A stretch of DNA of 61,830 bases, filler included, from Choristocarpus tenellus KU-1152 (GCA_964200185.2; 11 parts of 11 records of this genome joined end to end with filler, not necessarily neighbours in it), one strand, 5' to 3'; shown: positions 12,642 to 27,174, numbered from the whole stretch's first letter. Notes: generated by a model from the sequence alone, not told the origin. Numbers and translations are program-made.

Positions 12642-15600
12642 GAGCGACGAGCCATGTCTGCCGCAAACCAGATGGCAGTTGCCTGTGTTCAGGAATTGGC
12701 TGTGGAGTACCAGCGCCGTGAGATGCAACAGCTTGAGAAGATAAAGGCTATATGCACTACTGCCATTGAGGGCATGGAGGGGCTACCAGACAAGGTGTGT
12801 CTGTTGTGGTATGAGGAAAGGGTTGGGGTTGGGGTTAGGGAGTTTGTGTTTGGAGTCAGTTGTTCTTTCTTTTTCTTTTCTTTTCTTTTTTTGGGGGGGG
12901 GAGTCGTCACATGGTGGTGTTGACAGAGTGAAGTATAGGAGGGGAAGGGGTGGGTGGTAGCAGGTGCTTTGATTTTATTGGTCGATGTTTTCTGGAGAGG
13001 TTTTGTAACATTTGTTTCTTGTTTCTTACGAGGGTTAGAAACTCCAGAGAGGGGTGGGGGTGGGGTGTGATTGTATGATTGTGTGATTGTGTGATATTTG
13101 TTTGTGTGGTTTGTTTATCTCATGTAGATAGTGTAGTATGCAGAAGAGTGTCCTTGGGTGTTCCAAACACTGTCTTCTGTGCATGTGGTATAGGAGTGAA
13201 GGGTCTTGCATGTTGAGTGAGAAATACTGAAGCAGTTTTGGCAAGACACTAGTCTCTCTGGTGATTGATTGGCTGGTGCTGTAGTGCGTCATACGAACAT
13301 TTTTTGGGTGAGAATGGTTTTCAAAGTAGTCAGGTGGCAATACCAGTTCCAATACGCTGACTCCCTCTTTGTTCTTTTTTTATCGGTTGGGTATTTAGTT
13401 GGTTTTTGACGTCTTGGAGTATTAAAAGTAAGGTAGTGTGCCTGGAATAGTCTTTACAACAACTACTGTGTACTACTAAAATAGTACTGATAGTGTGGGT
13501 GTTATCTTTGTTGGGGGGTCTTGGAAATGTACTACATTGATATGTTTTTATTATTATTAATAATAATAATAGTATGTAGTAGATTTTCTATTGGGTGTGA
13601 TTGATTGGTCAGAGTAGGGTGCTTTTATACGCTCTGTTAAAATATTTTTTAAACATACTTGGGTACCAACTTCTGAACTGGAAAAAGCAAGGAACAGCTC
13701 TCGGATTGAACACACACACACACACACACACATAGCACCTTTAACACACCACAAGGATTGTGCATCCCTTAGCATTTTGTACCATGACCGCTCTTGTTTG
13801 TGTGTATATGTTTTTTTTCCTCTCTGACTCACCTACTTACTTTATCAATACTTATTTTTATCAATACTTATTTTATTGATATGATATAACGACCAACCTC
13901 GTAGCAGATTTCACATCAACCTGTCCCACCACTTTGTTGTTGGTTGTAATGATAATAATAATAATGATGATGATGATGATGATGATAATGATAATGGTGG
14001 GAGACAGGTTCGAAGTATGAAACCCCTTCTGGACCAGAACTTCGTGTCGTACCTGGGGTATGCCATTGATGTGGAAAGGAAGGCTATGCGCAAGGAGTTC
14101 AGAGACCCTGATCGTGACCCCACTCGCTGGCTGCAGGTATACCTTAATATTGTTTAAATAGGATAATAATAATAATAATGAAATAGTATATCAATATTAG
14201 GACTGTGGTGGAGTACACTACAGGAACCACGACCAGGCAGGCAGAACAGGAAAGTTCTTGGAAGTTCTTGGAAGTACCGAGTTAGTGTGTGGGACCGGTT
14301 TGGTACTGCTGTGAGAGTAGCAGTACGTGCAGTACAAGGGTTTTGTAGAGAGACTAGGATTTATTTCATCAGGGTGTGGTGTTAGAAATGACCTGTGCTG
14401 TATTTCGGCAGTACAGTTTTCGTTTTCAGTTGTGTGCGCTCTTTTCTTTTTATCCATGGTTATTTTTTGTTTTTTCTGTGTATGAGTGTGTCCGTTGTGT
14501 GTATTGCTGGTTAGTATCTTGGTGTTCTGAATTGCAACAGTTAAGTTATTTGGGGATAGTTGGATGAATGACCTAATAGAAAAGAAAAAAAGCTTTTTAA
14601 AATCATATGCAAGTAGAAGTATGACTAGACAGGAGTTTGTTGGTAAGGAGGCGTCTTTGTACCCTTCTGTTGCTTGGAAATGATTGTATTAATAGTATTG
14701 CCATTGTACGGAGTTAGTTTGATTTGCTCTTGTTTTGTTTTGTTTTGCTAAAGTGTTACCCCTAACCCTACCCCCACAACGTAACTGTCAATGAGGTTAG
14801 AGGATTTTATTGTTGATACTGTGCTTTGTAGTGTACTTGTTGTACTGTACTCTGAAGTGTATGTAGAAGATTGAGAGAAACTGTGTACTATATGTTGGGG
14901 TTATCTTGTGCCGTAGGCGATACGTGTCATACCACCATAGATACTCACAGTTTGCATGTATTGGGAGTACTTCGAGATCGATTACTATTCCCATTGTTAG
15001 ATGACAGAGGTGCTTCAAAGATGCAGCACTTGGGAAGAAAAATCCTGGTGGTGAGGGAATAAGAGTTGGGTGTTACTTATTTACTTCCTTAGTGTGAGAT
15101 GATTGGAATACTTCAATGGGGTTCTGCATTGAATTTACACTGTACGGAAGTTAGAGGAGTAGTTGCTGCAACAGACCTCAACGTATATACCATATACAAT
15201 ATACTGGGAAGTACTGTATACTCCCCCTGTTCACCGTGGGTTTGAATAGAATTTTTTTCATATACACGCGAATGGTTCAAATTGATGATGAACAAAGGAG
15301 GTGCTCAGGAGTGTGTAGTTTTGAGGCAGGCGTGCGTGCGTGTGTGTGTGTGTTTTATTTTGTTTTTTTAAGCTGCATTTTTTGCTGTAAATGTTAGGGT
15401 TACAGGTGAGATTGGTCTATCTTTTTGTGTGTTCATATTGTGCGGTACTGATAAAATAAAATAAAAAAGCATGCGATTATGGTATTATTTGTGGTATTGA
15501 TGTTTGATGAAGGGGAAATTATTGTTTGTTCTGATGACTGGCTATAGTCTTTTTTTTTTTACTGTAGAGTGGTTCGGTGGGACTTTAAAGAGTGCTGGTT

Positions 15601-16170
15601 CTGCTGCCTCCCACTCCTAACCCTGTACATGGCACTAACAATTTGTTTCAGATTTCATATCTTTGCTGTTATTATTATTTTTTATTTTTAGTGATGCTTG
15701 TCTGCAGTATCTGCAAGTGGTAATTTTTCTACACTGTGAACAGAGTACAAATACATACATACATACACATACCACCTCTTACATGCTGTTGCCCATCTTC
15801 CCCCCTTCTGTACTGCAGTAGTAGTACTAGTGTACACCTTTGCCACCGAAAAAACAGAATGGACATGAAACATTGATGCACACACAATCATTCACTCACT
15901 CACCTGTGTGGCAAGCATGTAAGAACTCCCCATTCACAGGACTTTGGGAAGTAGCTTGGTATTGGCTGGGTAGATTGTGTTGACGTAATCAACTGATTTG
16001 TGGTTTGTGGTGTTTGTAGTGTGTCACTAATTTCATTGTCATTTAACCTCTTGTGTACCTTCCTCATGTACCTCTCTCTCATGTTGGACTGGACACACTA
16101 CTAGGTACTGGGGGTGATTCGTAAGGGCGTACTTGCAGAGCTGGAAAAGGATGTGTACGAAGATGTTCAG
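12642..16170 (+). CDS. Three in-phase internal exons of a protein of unknown function (partial)
   Basis: Exons are 12642-12794 (ERRAMSAANQ..GLPDK), 14008-14136 (VRSMKPLLDQNFVSYLGYAIDVERKAMRKEFRDPDRDPTRWLQ) and 16105-16170 (VLGVIRKGVLAELEKDVYEDVQ). All have AG/GT borders and phase 0, giving a continuous, helical-looking peptide. Confidence 0.75.
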
Positions 16171-18700
16171 GTGACTGTTACTATTTTATATTACTATTGT
16201 TGTTACTTTTATTATTACTTTGCCCATCATATCCTTGACACCATGTTGGCATGTCCATTTGGATATACTGTTACTGGTGATGGTGACTTCTTGATTGATG
16301 GAAAAAATGTGATTTGAATTGATTTAATCCCTCTGTCGCTTTTGGTTTGAATGGAATCAAAATTAAATCATTTTTTCTTGTTTTGCTTCTTTTTGGGGGG
16401 CGGGGGGGGGGGGGGGGGGGGGGGGTGGGGAAAAGGGGGGGGGGGAACCACTGAACCCCCCCCCCCCCCCAAACCTGTGTGCGCCCTTTTTCTTGTAAAA
16501 AAAANNNNNNNNNNNNNNNNNNNNNNNNNNNNNNNNNNNNNNNNNNNNTTAATTAATTAANNNNNNNNNNNNNNNNNNNNNNNNNNNNNNNNNNNNNNNN
16601 NNNNAAAATCGAAAGAAGGGTGAAAAACGGACGCCGACACGCCCCCCCAGATACTTTAACCCTTTCCCCCAGACACATTTGCAAAATGTCAGAGGGCATA
16701 ATAAAAATACTATTATGGAAAGCATATTTGCCTGTTGAGATATCGTTATGCCGTATGCCATACAGCGTTGTGCAGATTGAGGTTCCTCGTCCAGCGTCCA
16801 TGATTTCCACTGGTGGACCTTCCGTCAGATTGAAACCTTGGAATCTCTTCACGATACCAATCCCACAGACTTGGGGCAGCTTGACATTCAGAATTGTCAC
16901 ACATGAACGATTCACTTTGTTCTCACGTCTTGACTTGTGGCGATGAAGCCCCATCTCTGAAGATGGTCATCACACCTCGATTTGCACTTGTCCAACCTTA
17001 ATCTCGTAGCCTCGGTTACGGTTCGTCTTTGTTCGTCTGATCCGTCTTGCCCGATGATTCTCTTCACCACCCTTGCCTGAGTGAACCACGCCGCCACAGA
17101 ACCACACGATTCACACTATCCATAGAAAAACAAGGGAACGTAGTACTTGTCTACAATTACAGGGGTAGTAACCTAAGATTTATACACTTTCTTCTTTCCT
17201 ATTAAATTTCAACATTATATTAGTGATAGGTCACCTTTTTGGCATCTCCCAACACTGACGAGGATAATACACACCGTCATATACATTTGCGCGCGCCACC
17301 TTTTACACACGAGGCTGGCTCAAGTGATGTGGTGTGGGTCAGACGCACGAGCGGCTCGCGGGAACCCCGACATGAACGGTGGATTCGAATTAGCAAGTAC
17401 GAGATTGTGTTTTCTGTTCTGACTGGTTGCAACCAATCACAGTGGAGATTGATCCACATGGCAATCTGAAGCTGTCAACATACGCCCAGCATGCCTCTGT
17501 CTCATCTTTCACTTCCATTATGAACCTCATCTCTGGTGGTTCTCATCACCCCTCATCACACAGAACCAGACCCCATAACAATGGTACTCACGCCGACCTG
17601 TTTTGGGGGGTCACCAGAGATGTAGGGCCACGCCACAATAGCGGACAAAAAGGAAGCACAACCAAGTCAAAAGGTTGGTCACCCTGGTCAGAAAGCCGAG
17701 ACGACTTCGAAAAATGTAAGATCTGTTACATCGTTCTTTCCAAATAAATCACAACGTAATATTTGTGTACAATTTTCTTTGTTCTAAACCACAATATAAG
17801 AGTTGTTCAAGATTGTTTTTTCCAACTAGACCACAACATAGGATTTATACGCGGTTATTCTTTCCTTTTAAAACACAAAGTATGATTTGTACATAAAGAT
17901 GAGGTAGGAACAGATCACCAGTACACATTTTTCTTCTCTCGGGATTGGGGACAATAATTTATTCATGATAAAGTTGTTGTAGTTTTAACCCTAACACCTT
18001 CGCAGTCGAAAGTTTTGGGCGCACGGGTTAGGGGGGAGAGGGATGTGAGGCTATAACAGGAAAGGAGCTGTCAAATCCTGTTGACGACAGATAATATTTG
18101 TCACAAAACAAGTGGCTTTAACAAGACGTGTCATGCGTTTTAAGCTGGAGATTGTCAAGAATATGCTTTTTATTCATGTGTAAAAGAAGATTTGTAGAAG
18201 AAACAAACTTAGGATGACGAGACATTGTTCGTGTTCTGAAGGATAGTGGATGTGTTCGGGTTTAAGAACTAGAAAATGGAAGAGTTCTGGAATAGGAAGC
18301 ATTATTAACAGGGATATGTGTTTACTGATTACTGATCCATAGAATATGAATGATTTAGTGGTAAGGACAACCCCCCCCCTTTTGGACTGTGCTTCTCACT
18401 CCAACTTCCTACCTACTACAACATAAATGAGAAGGAATTAATCTACATATTTCTATATCAAGACTTGGGATTCTACGCATTCTTTAACAGGGATACCAGG
18501 GAGATGAGCAAGTAGGGGCCTGTCAGAATTCGTGGGATGTTTCCCTAGTTCCTTGCCCTATGGTGTTAGGCTAAGCTAGGTTGTAGGCATAGGAGGGGAG
18601 TGTAGCATAGCTAGTATTAAAATAGCAATAGAAAAATGTCTTTCACATTTACGACAACTGTTACTTTTGCAGGAGTTCTCACAATATTGATTGGCTTTTA

Positions 18701-18875
18701 CCCTGACACATCTCAAAATGTCAGAGGGTATAATAATATATCTAAAATGGTGAGTGCTATCTACAAATCATGTGTATATGGTAACCAGTAAGGCTATATC
18801 GAAAAATCGGGGTTGTACATCATTTCTCAGGATTATTGAATTATGCCCTCTTGACATTTTGCAGATGTGTCAGGG
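18701..18875. mobile_element. MITE family C (about 175 bp) with about 34-bp TIRs starting CCC
   Basis: Ends read ccctgacacatctcaaaatgtcagagggtataat ... attatgccctcttgacattttgcagatgtgtcaggg. The same terminus recurs at about 16666-16705. Confidence 0.7.
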
Positions 18876-19306
18876 GAAAAGCCTATTCCACATTGAGTTG
18901 CACTCAGTACATGATTTGTGGTACAAGATTCCTTTGTAGAAATGAAATGTACATCTTCACCATTCCTTCAAACATAAGATGCAAATATTTGTATGTATTA
19001 TTTCCTACTGACTTGAGAAGCATAAGTGGGTTAAATCATGATTTATCCCACGTGTCGAATGCTACCAGAAATAGTGAGTTACAACTGTCGCATAATTCTC
19101 AATAATTCTAGAGATAGTATTGGTATAGCAGTAATAGTAATACTCAGGAACGTTTATAGAAGGAAAAGGAGAAGATGTCCTGGAGAACATCCCTCGAAAT
19201 AGGTACAAATTATACATATTTTGAACATTTTTTTCAGGGTTTTCGGCAGGAAAAAAAACAAATCCGTCCCCTGGTCATATTGGTCCCACAATTATTTAAC
19301 ATGTCA

Positions 19307-19477
19307 GACTCAAAGTATCTGGGGAGGGGGGTGGTGGATGTCCATTTGGGGCCAATTTTTCACGTCTCGATTTTTGGGTGATTTGGTTCCATACGTTGGA
19401 TGGATAATGAAAGTGCATTTTTCCTGGTTTTGGTCCAAATGGACACTCTGGTGTAGACCCCCTCCTCCCCCCCCCCC
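19307..19477. mobile_element. MITE family A copy (inverted; truncated at its poly-C by contig end)
   Basis: Reads gactcaaagtatctgggg...gtccatttgggg..ggataatgaaagtgcatt..ggtgtagaccccc. Confidence 0.82.
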
Positions 19478-19577
19478 NNNNNNNNNNNNNNNNNNNNNNN
19501 NNNNNNNNNNNNNNNNNNNNNTTAATTAATTAANNNNNNNNNNNNNNNNNNNNNNNNNNNNNNNNNNNNNNNNNNNN

Positions 19578-22500
19578 AGGTCTGCAGGATTATCGGATCG
19601 AGGTTGTGCTAAAAAACCTCCAGCACCACTCTCACTGGCATCAATGTGGATGATGAATTCTTTGGTAAAGTCACGAAACACGAGAACCGGGGCAGCAGTG
19701 AGAATTTGTTTTACTTTAAAAAATGCCACATCCTGGTCCAATCCCCATTCCTTATCCACTCTCTTATTGACACCTTTCTTAGTGAGAAGAACTAACGGTT
19801 CGATTACTGTGTCTACATTGGGTATGAATTTACGTACAAAGTTTATCATTCCTAGGACAGATCGAAATTCTTTGACGGTGGTGGGTTTGGGTAATTCAGT
19901 GATTGCACGGACACGATCCTCGCCGATACGAATCCCTTATGACGATAAAATGTGGCCCAGGTAACGTACTTTGTTGGGTCCAAACTGGATCTTTGACGGT
20001 TTCAAAGTTAAACCTGCTGCTTGTAACGCTTTGAACTGCTGTTCTAATATGTTTATATATCCTTCCCATGTGGAAGAACAAGCAATCAGATCATCCATGT
20101 AAACTAGCAACCCACTCAATGGACCAAAGTTCGCAAAGGCTAAGGACATGATTCTTTGAAATTGCCAAGGGGCATTTGATATCCCAAAGGGCATCCTTTT
20201 AAAAACGTATTTGCCTCTTGACGTGACAAAAGCAGTTTTATCAATGCCATCCTCAGCAACAGGAATCTGTCAATATACACTATGAATATCACTAACGTGA
20301 TAAATTTTGCACCCCCAACAATATCAATATGAGACTCTATATCAGGCATAGGCCAAGACTGTCGAACAAGGTGTTTGTTAACAGTTGACCTATAGTCCAC
20401 ACAGAATCGTGGGGAGCCATCAGATTTGGCCACAACAGTAACAGGATAGGGCTGGCACGTGTTTCAATAATGCCTTGCTCTTCCATAGTATTAACACACG
20501 AGTCAATTACTTGTTGAGTACGGGGGTTTGCTCTGTAGGTTTGGTACCAGGCTCTATAGGAATTTCTGCTTCAGCTAGGGTACATCTGCCTAGTTCCTCT
20601 GCATTCAACGAAAATATCGATCTATAACGAGCACAGAGGTCTAAAGGCTGAGACACTTGTGACTGATTGAACGTGATATCTTTTAATGCGTTTGACTTGG
20701 TGAAGGCTTGATGTAACTCCTCTCTAGCTTTACTGAATGGAGCAGAATTAGTATTTAGAGCACTAACAGTAATTGGTACCATATCTGAAATAGGGGTTAA
20801 GTGACCTATCACAAGATGCTTCCTCATACGTACTTCTCGTGTTGTTGTATTTGCCATTTGAACCAATACTGATCTATTACTTGCTGACCAAGTACTGAGA
20901 GTGCGAGCAGCTACGATACGATTCCATGGATGTGTAGGTTCAGTGGTTTGATCTATAGCAGGCATGGAGTGTATGACTGGCTCCACTACCACGGCACTAT
21001 CCAACGACGGACTAGTATCTGTTGTGCAACGTACGATGATTTCATGAGCAGGTGGTATGTTATACTGATTATGTACACGAACGGGTATAGGGTCAAAATC
21101 ATGTTGCACACTCACCACAGAACACGAAGGAGTGGTACTTGTATCACGTACTTGAGTGGGGCTCCTTGTCATGTGATGTCTTGCTAGAATGGTAAACTGT
21201 TGTGAAATGAAAGACGTTGTTCTTGCCAATCAAGGCTTGCACCGAATGCCTGCATAACACTATTATCATGCAGAAGTTTATCGGGACCAAGTTGGGGAAT
21301 CACTAAGGCTTCAACTGGTAATGTGATGTCACCAAGTGTAAGTGCAAAACGAATAAATCCGCGGATATGCAATGGCGAACCATTTGCTGCACGTAGATAT
21401 ATTGCACTAGGTGGGACAGGATGCACATCAAAACGTTTCAGTTGAGGGTGATTGCGAACAAATAATTCAGAAATACATGGTACATAACTGGCTGTGTCAA
21501 CTGTCAAGTCATTTTCCTCTTGTTCTTCAACGGTGCCAGATACACGAACTCTTTTTGATGAAAACGACAAAGGTTCGAGCATGGCTGGATATCTGCACAA
21601 AGAACTGTTGAATCAAATTTCATTATTATTACACGAGTTTGGTTGAACTAATGGCAAAGAAAAATGCTTAGTAGCACGCGTGCAGGCAACAAACGATGCC
21701 TCTGTGGTGCAAGAGGTGTGACTGGTGTCAACCTCTGACGCTTGCCACTCTCTACGATGGTGTCAACAACACCATGGCTGTTCCCAAGTGGACAGGAGTC
21801 AAATCTACCTGGGCACCCCTAGGGACGTGGACCATAATGGCCAGGTATTGACTGACTATCCTCACGAACACCAACACGACTTCCACGACCCCGGCCTCTA
21901 CGACGTAAGTGTGGCAAACGAGCACCCCGCGGATTGTCCAGGCACGACTGGGTTGTGTGACCCTCACGAGTCGCTGCCTGGCAACCCGGGTACTGACACA
22001 CACTATTTTGTTGATCCATGGTGTACGTCGAGTTGGACAGTGAGGCTGTATAGGCGACGTGTCTTGTGTCTTGTGGTCTCGTCGGTCTGTCAGTGTCTCC
22101 GGCTGTGGGAGGTGGACTCGTCAACGACCGAGCTGGGGCCCTGTTGAGGGGTGCCTCCCCTGCTCAGTGACGTTCCACCTCCGTACGTAGCCGTTGGCAC
22201 TCTCGTTGTACTGGCTCGGGGAACCTGTCCATGACGAGAATTATGGGTCACAGTGCTCGTCTAAGTTGTCATGGGGTTGGAGGTATTGCCAGACAAATGG
22301 TTAGCTTCATACCGTTTGACACGGTCACGAGCTTGGGCAAACGAGGTGGCGGGTTCGTCCCGAATCTGTTCAAGACGAATCACAGGGAGTAAGCCATCTT
22401 CCATCAGTGTTATCTTCAGTTGCTCGACAAGCAAAGCTTTCGTGTCGACTGCATCTGAGGAGGACGTTGTGCGATGAACATCATCTAGAAATCGATCCAT

Positions 22501-22895
22501 GACTGTGATGCAACGTAAAATATATTGGTCAATCGACTCACTCTCCCCCTGTTTCAAAGGCGTTAGTCGACGAGTTCATACACCTACAGCATGGGCGGGA
22601 GTAAATGCGGTGATCAAGGCTTTCTGGACATCAAATCCTGAAGCCATCCAGGAGGAATGGTGTTCGTTCTGGCGCACTCGTTAACGTCGTGAGCGATGAA
22701 CGATGGTACAGCATCCTCGAACTGTGCCTATGAAATGGCCACTTCACAAGTAGTCGAACTTGGGGATGGGACCGGTTCTTCCTGGAATAGGACGCGACGA
22801 GTGTTACGGTCGCCCGAGCTAACATGATGCTCTAGGGTCGACGACACGGGTCTGACATTCGCCTGTCGATCTGTGAAAGGAGAAGGGGGGGATCC
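19578..22895 (-). mobile_element. Ty3/Gypsy LTR retrotransposon internal region (gag-PR-RT-RNase H), frameshifted
   Basis: Domains seen: gag 'KQGESESIDQYILR' (22557); Zn knuckle CQYPGC..GHTTQSC (about 22000); protease LTVDTASYVPCISE (about 21500); RT RFCVDYR, MPFG, LLVYMDDL (20430-19940); RNase H FIIHIDASESGAGGFLAQ (about 19650). The order PR-RT-RH is Gypsy. Several frameshifts; truncated by linkers on both sides. Confidence 0.93.
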
Positions 22896-23374
22896 NNNNN
22901 NNNNNNNNNNNNNNNNNNNNNNNNNNNNNNNNNNNNNNNTTAATTAATTAANNNNNNNNNNNNNNNNNNNNNNNNNNNNNNNNNNNNNNNNNNNNGTTAT
23001 GAGATTAGAGCCAAGACCATGAAACTCGGTCCACTCTCTGAGGTGAAAGAGTTCAGTCTGGTGATTGTGATTGCCCCCTTGAGCAAAAAAAAACTTGGCA
23101 CCTTTGACAATTTCACAAAGGCATTAACTCTATTTCCGATGTACATCATACATGGGGAGAATTGCATCTTGAAGATCAATTGCCCCAACAATTATTTAAA
23201 GTGTTTTTGCAATTGATAAAGGAAATACTGAAATTTGAAAATATGCTCAAGTCCCTCAACAAATTGTAAGTAAAAAGCTATTCGGTAATACTAGCTTGTG
23301 TTTAGTTAATTAAATAACAAGGTATCTAGTTAGTATATTCTGTTATTAATAAATAAATAAAAAGAATTTTGTCA

Positions 23375-24055
23375 GGGACGAACGAGATGTTCAGGGTACC
23401 GGTTCCCAAGCACCGCAATGAGAACTCGTATCATAAGGAGGGCACAGCAAAAGATCCTCCCCCTTCTGAACAGGATCCGCTTTGACTCCTTCCGTACGCA
23501 ACTGCTCGACCTCCCTGATTACGCAGAGGAACAAGGGAGGGAAAGTTCTTTGCTACCCTAGCCCGCCACCGGAGCCAATATGGACAAGGGGTCAATGCAT
23601 GGGCTTCTACACAACCCCTAAAACTAGCACGCCGGATTCCTCCCATAGATTCTAGACTTGCCGCCAGCAGATTTCTAGGGAGGGGGAGGACAAGTATGCC
23701 AGCATACACTGGTGATGAAACGCCTAGGCAAACTCTGCAAGAGAATGGGCATGCTTTGCATTGTGGAGGATTGTAGCCCATTCACCATGGAACGGAACTT
23801 CCGCATGAATGTTGTGTTCCATCGCGGGGCGCTTCCAGACGCTAGCTCAGCTCCCTACTGTAAAGAAGGCCTCCTTCTGGATGTTTTCTTTATAGAAGTT
23901 AATCTTGCAGCCTCTCATCTGCCCCACCCATCCACCAGCAATGGTGTAGCAGATGCTGCAGCCAAGCCAGCCCACTAGAGGGGTGCTTTTGACCCTCATA
24001 GTTTAGGACTGCAACACCTTCATCGTGCAAACTTTTGAGCGCCTTGGAAAGTAAC
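23375..24055 (+). mobile_element. Decayed non-LTR retrotransposon C-terminus (CRE-like, restriction-like endonuclease region)
   Basis: VEDCSPFTMERNFRMNVVFHRGALPDASSAPYCKEGLLLDV...AFDPHS..TFIVQTFERLG resembles the 'VEDGSPF..RMDIV..LLDVT..FD..VESFGRLG' signature I recall from brown-algal CRE-type LINEs. It has stops and frameshifts. Confidence 0.65.
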
Positions 24056-24075
24056 CAGGATGTTTCTTAAATTAG

Positions 24076-24258
24076 GGACCAAAGTATCAGGGGGGGGAGG
24101 GGGGGTCTACACCAGGGTGTCCATCTGGACGAAAATTAGGAAAAGTGCATTTACATTATCCATCCGACGCATGCAACTAAATCACCCAAAAATCGCGACA
24201 TTAAAAAATTGACCCCAAATGGACAGCCGCCCCCCCCCCCCCCCAGATACTTTGAGTC
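24076..24258. mobile_element. MITE family A copy
   Basis: Ends read ggaccaaagtatcagggggg ... ccccccagatactttgagtc. It directly follows the CRE-like relic. Confidence 0.85.
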
Positions 24259-25592
24259 TTGTTAGTTACACACCTCAATATTAACCACGAGGTTGCCCAT
24301 AGAACATCTGGTATAGATTATTCTATTCGATTGTACACTTGTAACTATCCGGTCTGTGCTTGTATCACAAAAATATCGCGGACCAAGTTCAAGGTGGAAA
24401 CTTCAGGAGGGGTACAGGAGGAGATTATAGGGAGGAGACAGAGTGACCACTGGTGGAAGTGTCGAACCCAACGGATGTCGAATAACCTAGTGTTATCCTT
24501 ACGTTGTCTGTGCTGATACAACTATATGGCATAGGTTTCATGTACGTTTATATTTGGGTTGATATAATACCAGTCATAACGTGCAAACGGCATGATGAGT
24601 CAGTGTTGGAAACCTGGCGGGCACTTTTCAGTGTATGTTTTACCATGTAACTCAATTGATAGCTTTCGGCGACGAGCCTTTACAGCACCAAGCTTCTCAA
24701 CAACGCACGAGAAGCAATGCAGGAGTAGAGGCAGTGTACAGTTAGTCATAGTGCAGCAGTTAGTCAATAGTTAGCGTGTACTCCCTCTCTGGCCTCTGGT
24801 TGGTACAATCCAAAACTAATACGATGGAAATAGAAAATTATATAAAAATAGTCCAGCGAACAGTCAAACAAATCACAAAACAAGAATGGACTCCAGATCC
24901 ACAAAATGGGGAGTGAGGTTGTTGACGGTTGGAGTGAATAAATTTCCTTTGCTAGCTGATCGCCACGAGATTCCACACGAAACGATTGCAACCACTAAGA
25001 AAATCCTTGTTCGCATAGTAGTAGTGCGTAGTAGTCAAGGGTATTATAGGCACAGAACAATCTTTCCGTGCATATGTCGTTCGTGTTCGTATGGATGTGT
25101 TTTCTTGACCTTGTTTGATCTGAGAACTAGTATTGTTATTCTCGATAAACAAATTAAGCGACATAAACATACACCACAAACCTATTGAGGAGAGAGTCCT
25201 TGAAGCGGTTAACTAGCTGTGGTTACAATGTGTCTACAGTATGCTTTGCTGACATTTTCTTCAAAACTCAAGAAGGTTTGACCAGGATGATGACAGTGCA
25301 TGTGAATCTTTCCACATCATTCAGTCCAACTATATCGGCAATAGAGATAGGGACTATGTACCTTCAGCCTCCTAAACGACCTGTAGATAAAGTATGCAGA
25401 TCCAGGCACTAGACCAGACCTACAAGCATAGACTATAAATTTTAGCTTGTTTTCCTTTGGGCAACAATCGGTGACGAAGTTGCTATTATTGCTGAGATCA
25501 GCAGGAGGACTCAGAAAGGTTGGAGTTATTTCCTAAGGACAACTAAGCTCCGTTTGACATTACCTCAGGTGTATCTCTTGAGCTTGATATTT

Positions 25593-25664
25593 GAGCCAAA
25601 GTATCTTAGAGGGTAGAGCCGCGTCCATTTGGGGGTCAAAATCCAATGTTGTGATTTCGATGTA
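25593..25664. mobile_element. MITE family B end, truncated by contig end
   Basis: gagccaaagtatcttagagggtagag..caaaatccaatgttgtgatt matches the reverse complement of the right end of 1970-2227. Confidence 0.75.
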
Positions 25665-26221
25665 NNNNNNNNNNNNNNNNNNNNNNNNNNNNNNNNNNNN
25701 NNNNNNNNTTAATTAATTAANNNNNNNNNNNNNNNNNNNNNNNNNNNNNNNNNNNNNNNNNNNNCCCATGTTCGTACAGATGGAGCAAAATATACGTATA
25801 TATATATATATATTAAAAAAAAAAATTGACTTCGAGAGGGTTTGATTAATTTCTCCACTGCTGAAAACGTTTCTCAACACAATTGGGGAAAAACGTGCCA
25901 TTTTCCACCTTTTTTTTTTTGAAGTACAAATTTTTCAACAACAACAACAACAACAACATTGCGCTTGTATGCCGGCGTCCTCAGAGAACGCAACTCCGTG
26001 CACCACCCCTCGTTTAAAAAATGAGTCAATCCGATTCTTGATCAAGAGTCCAGGGCCCGAGAAACTGTGCGTGTGAGAATATGATGGTTGTTGACGCATC
26101 CACCGAGCCAAGCCAACGCACGAAAATTCTCATCCTTCGTGGATGGATCTACAGTGTTTGGAAACATGTAACGAATTTCAAACGAAGACAGTACATTTCT
26201 AAGACATCAAATAAGAGATAG

Positions 26222-26300
26222 ATACACAGATAAGATACATAGATAAGATACATAGATAAGATACATAGATAAGATGCACGGATGGATACATTGATACACA
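26222..26300 (+). repeat. Tandem repeat, 13-bp unit agataagatacat
   Basis: About 4-5 copies read directly. Confidence 0.85.
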
Positions 26301-27174
26301 CATTGATACACACACACATTGTACCTACGGAAAGGAGAAAATTCTTGCGATCAACAGACAGACACGTCAGATAAAGCCACCACTATGCCCAAACGTCGAG
26401 TAATTACTTCCTCCCAGATGCGAAATAAAAAAATCAGAACACAAATCAGCTGCATCTCTCTCTCTATATATATAGAGTATATAGAGAGAGAGACTGAGAG
26501 AAATCACATCTTATTCACTACTTTTCAGGTACCTGATTTTGCACAGGGGAAGAGCCGCCTAAGCATCAAAAAGATTGAGGAACTAGACTTCCCCAAGCAG
26601 AAGTTTTGCCCCCCCCCCTGCCCCTTCTATTTCTCACATTTTCACACACTATGCACACCTAAACTTGAGGGCACCCAAGCCCACAGGGTATCCCATCCCA
26701 AATGATCAAGGTCCCAAGCCCAAGCCGACCTCATGCTTTGGTCTAGTCTGCAACATGGATCACCAGAGGCTAGGGGGATTGGCTGAAGGCTGCTAATGGA
26801 TCCCCCAGGAACCCAACCCCAGTCTTAATCAGTGTTGCATGAGCGTAAATCTCTGCCCAATTACATTTCAGAGGTGTGATTGAACAAAGGCATACAATAA
26901 TGGACAAACACACACACACACACACACACACACAGGCGCCACGCTCCCTACACTATCACAAGAACAGCAGGATTAGCTCTTATGTTAAAGCATAGGCTAC
27001 TCCCTTCTGCAATTCATAGATACAGTTCAGTACCATCAACTAGAGTCGACTGTTGATAATAATAATAAATAATAATAATAAGTAGTAATCTTCCCTTAGC
27101 GTGTAAGCAACCACATTGCCTGGACCCCGACCTCAACGATGCGTGATAACAGCTTCACCATTGCAGTTCGTACG

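Noticed and set aside
16740-17100. Coding-like minus-strand stretch; similar stretches at 25200-25590, 56200-56700 and 59390-59800
   Set aside because: Multiple stops and no diagnostic motif. Probably old TE debris, but I cannot assign it.
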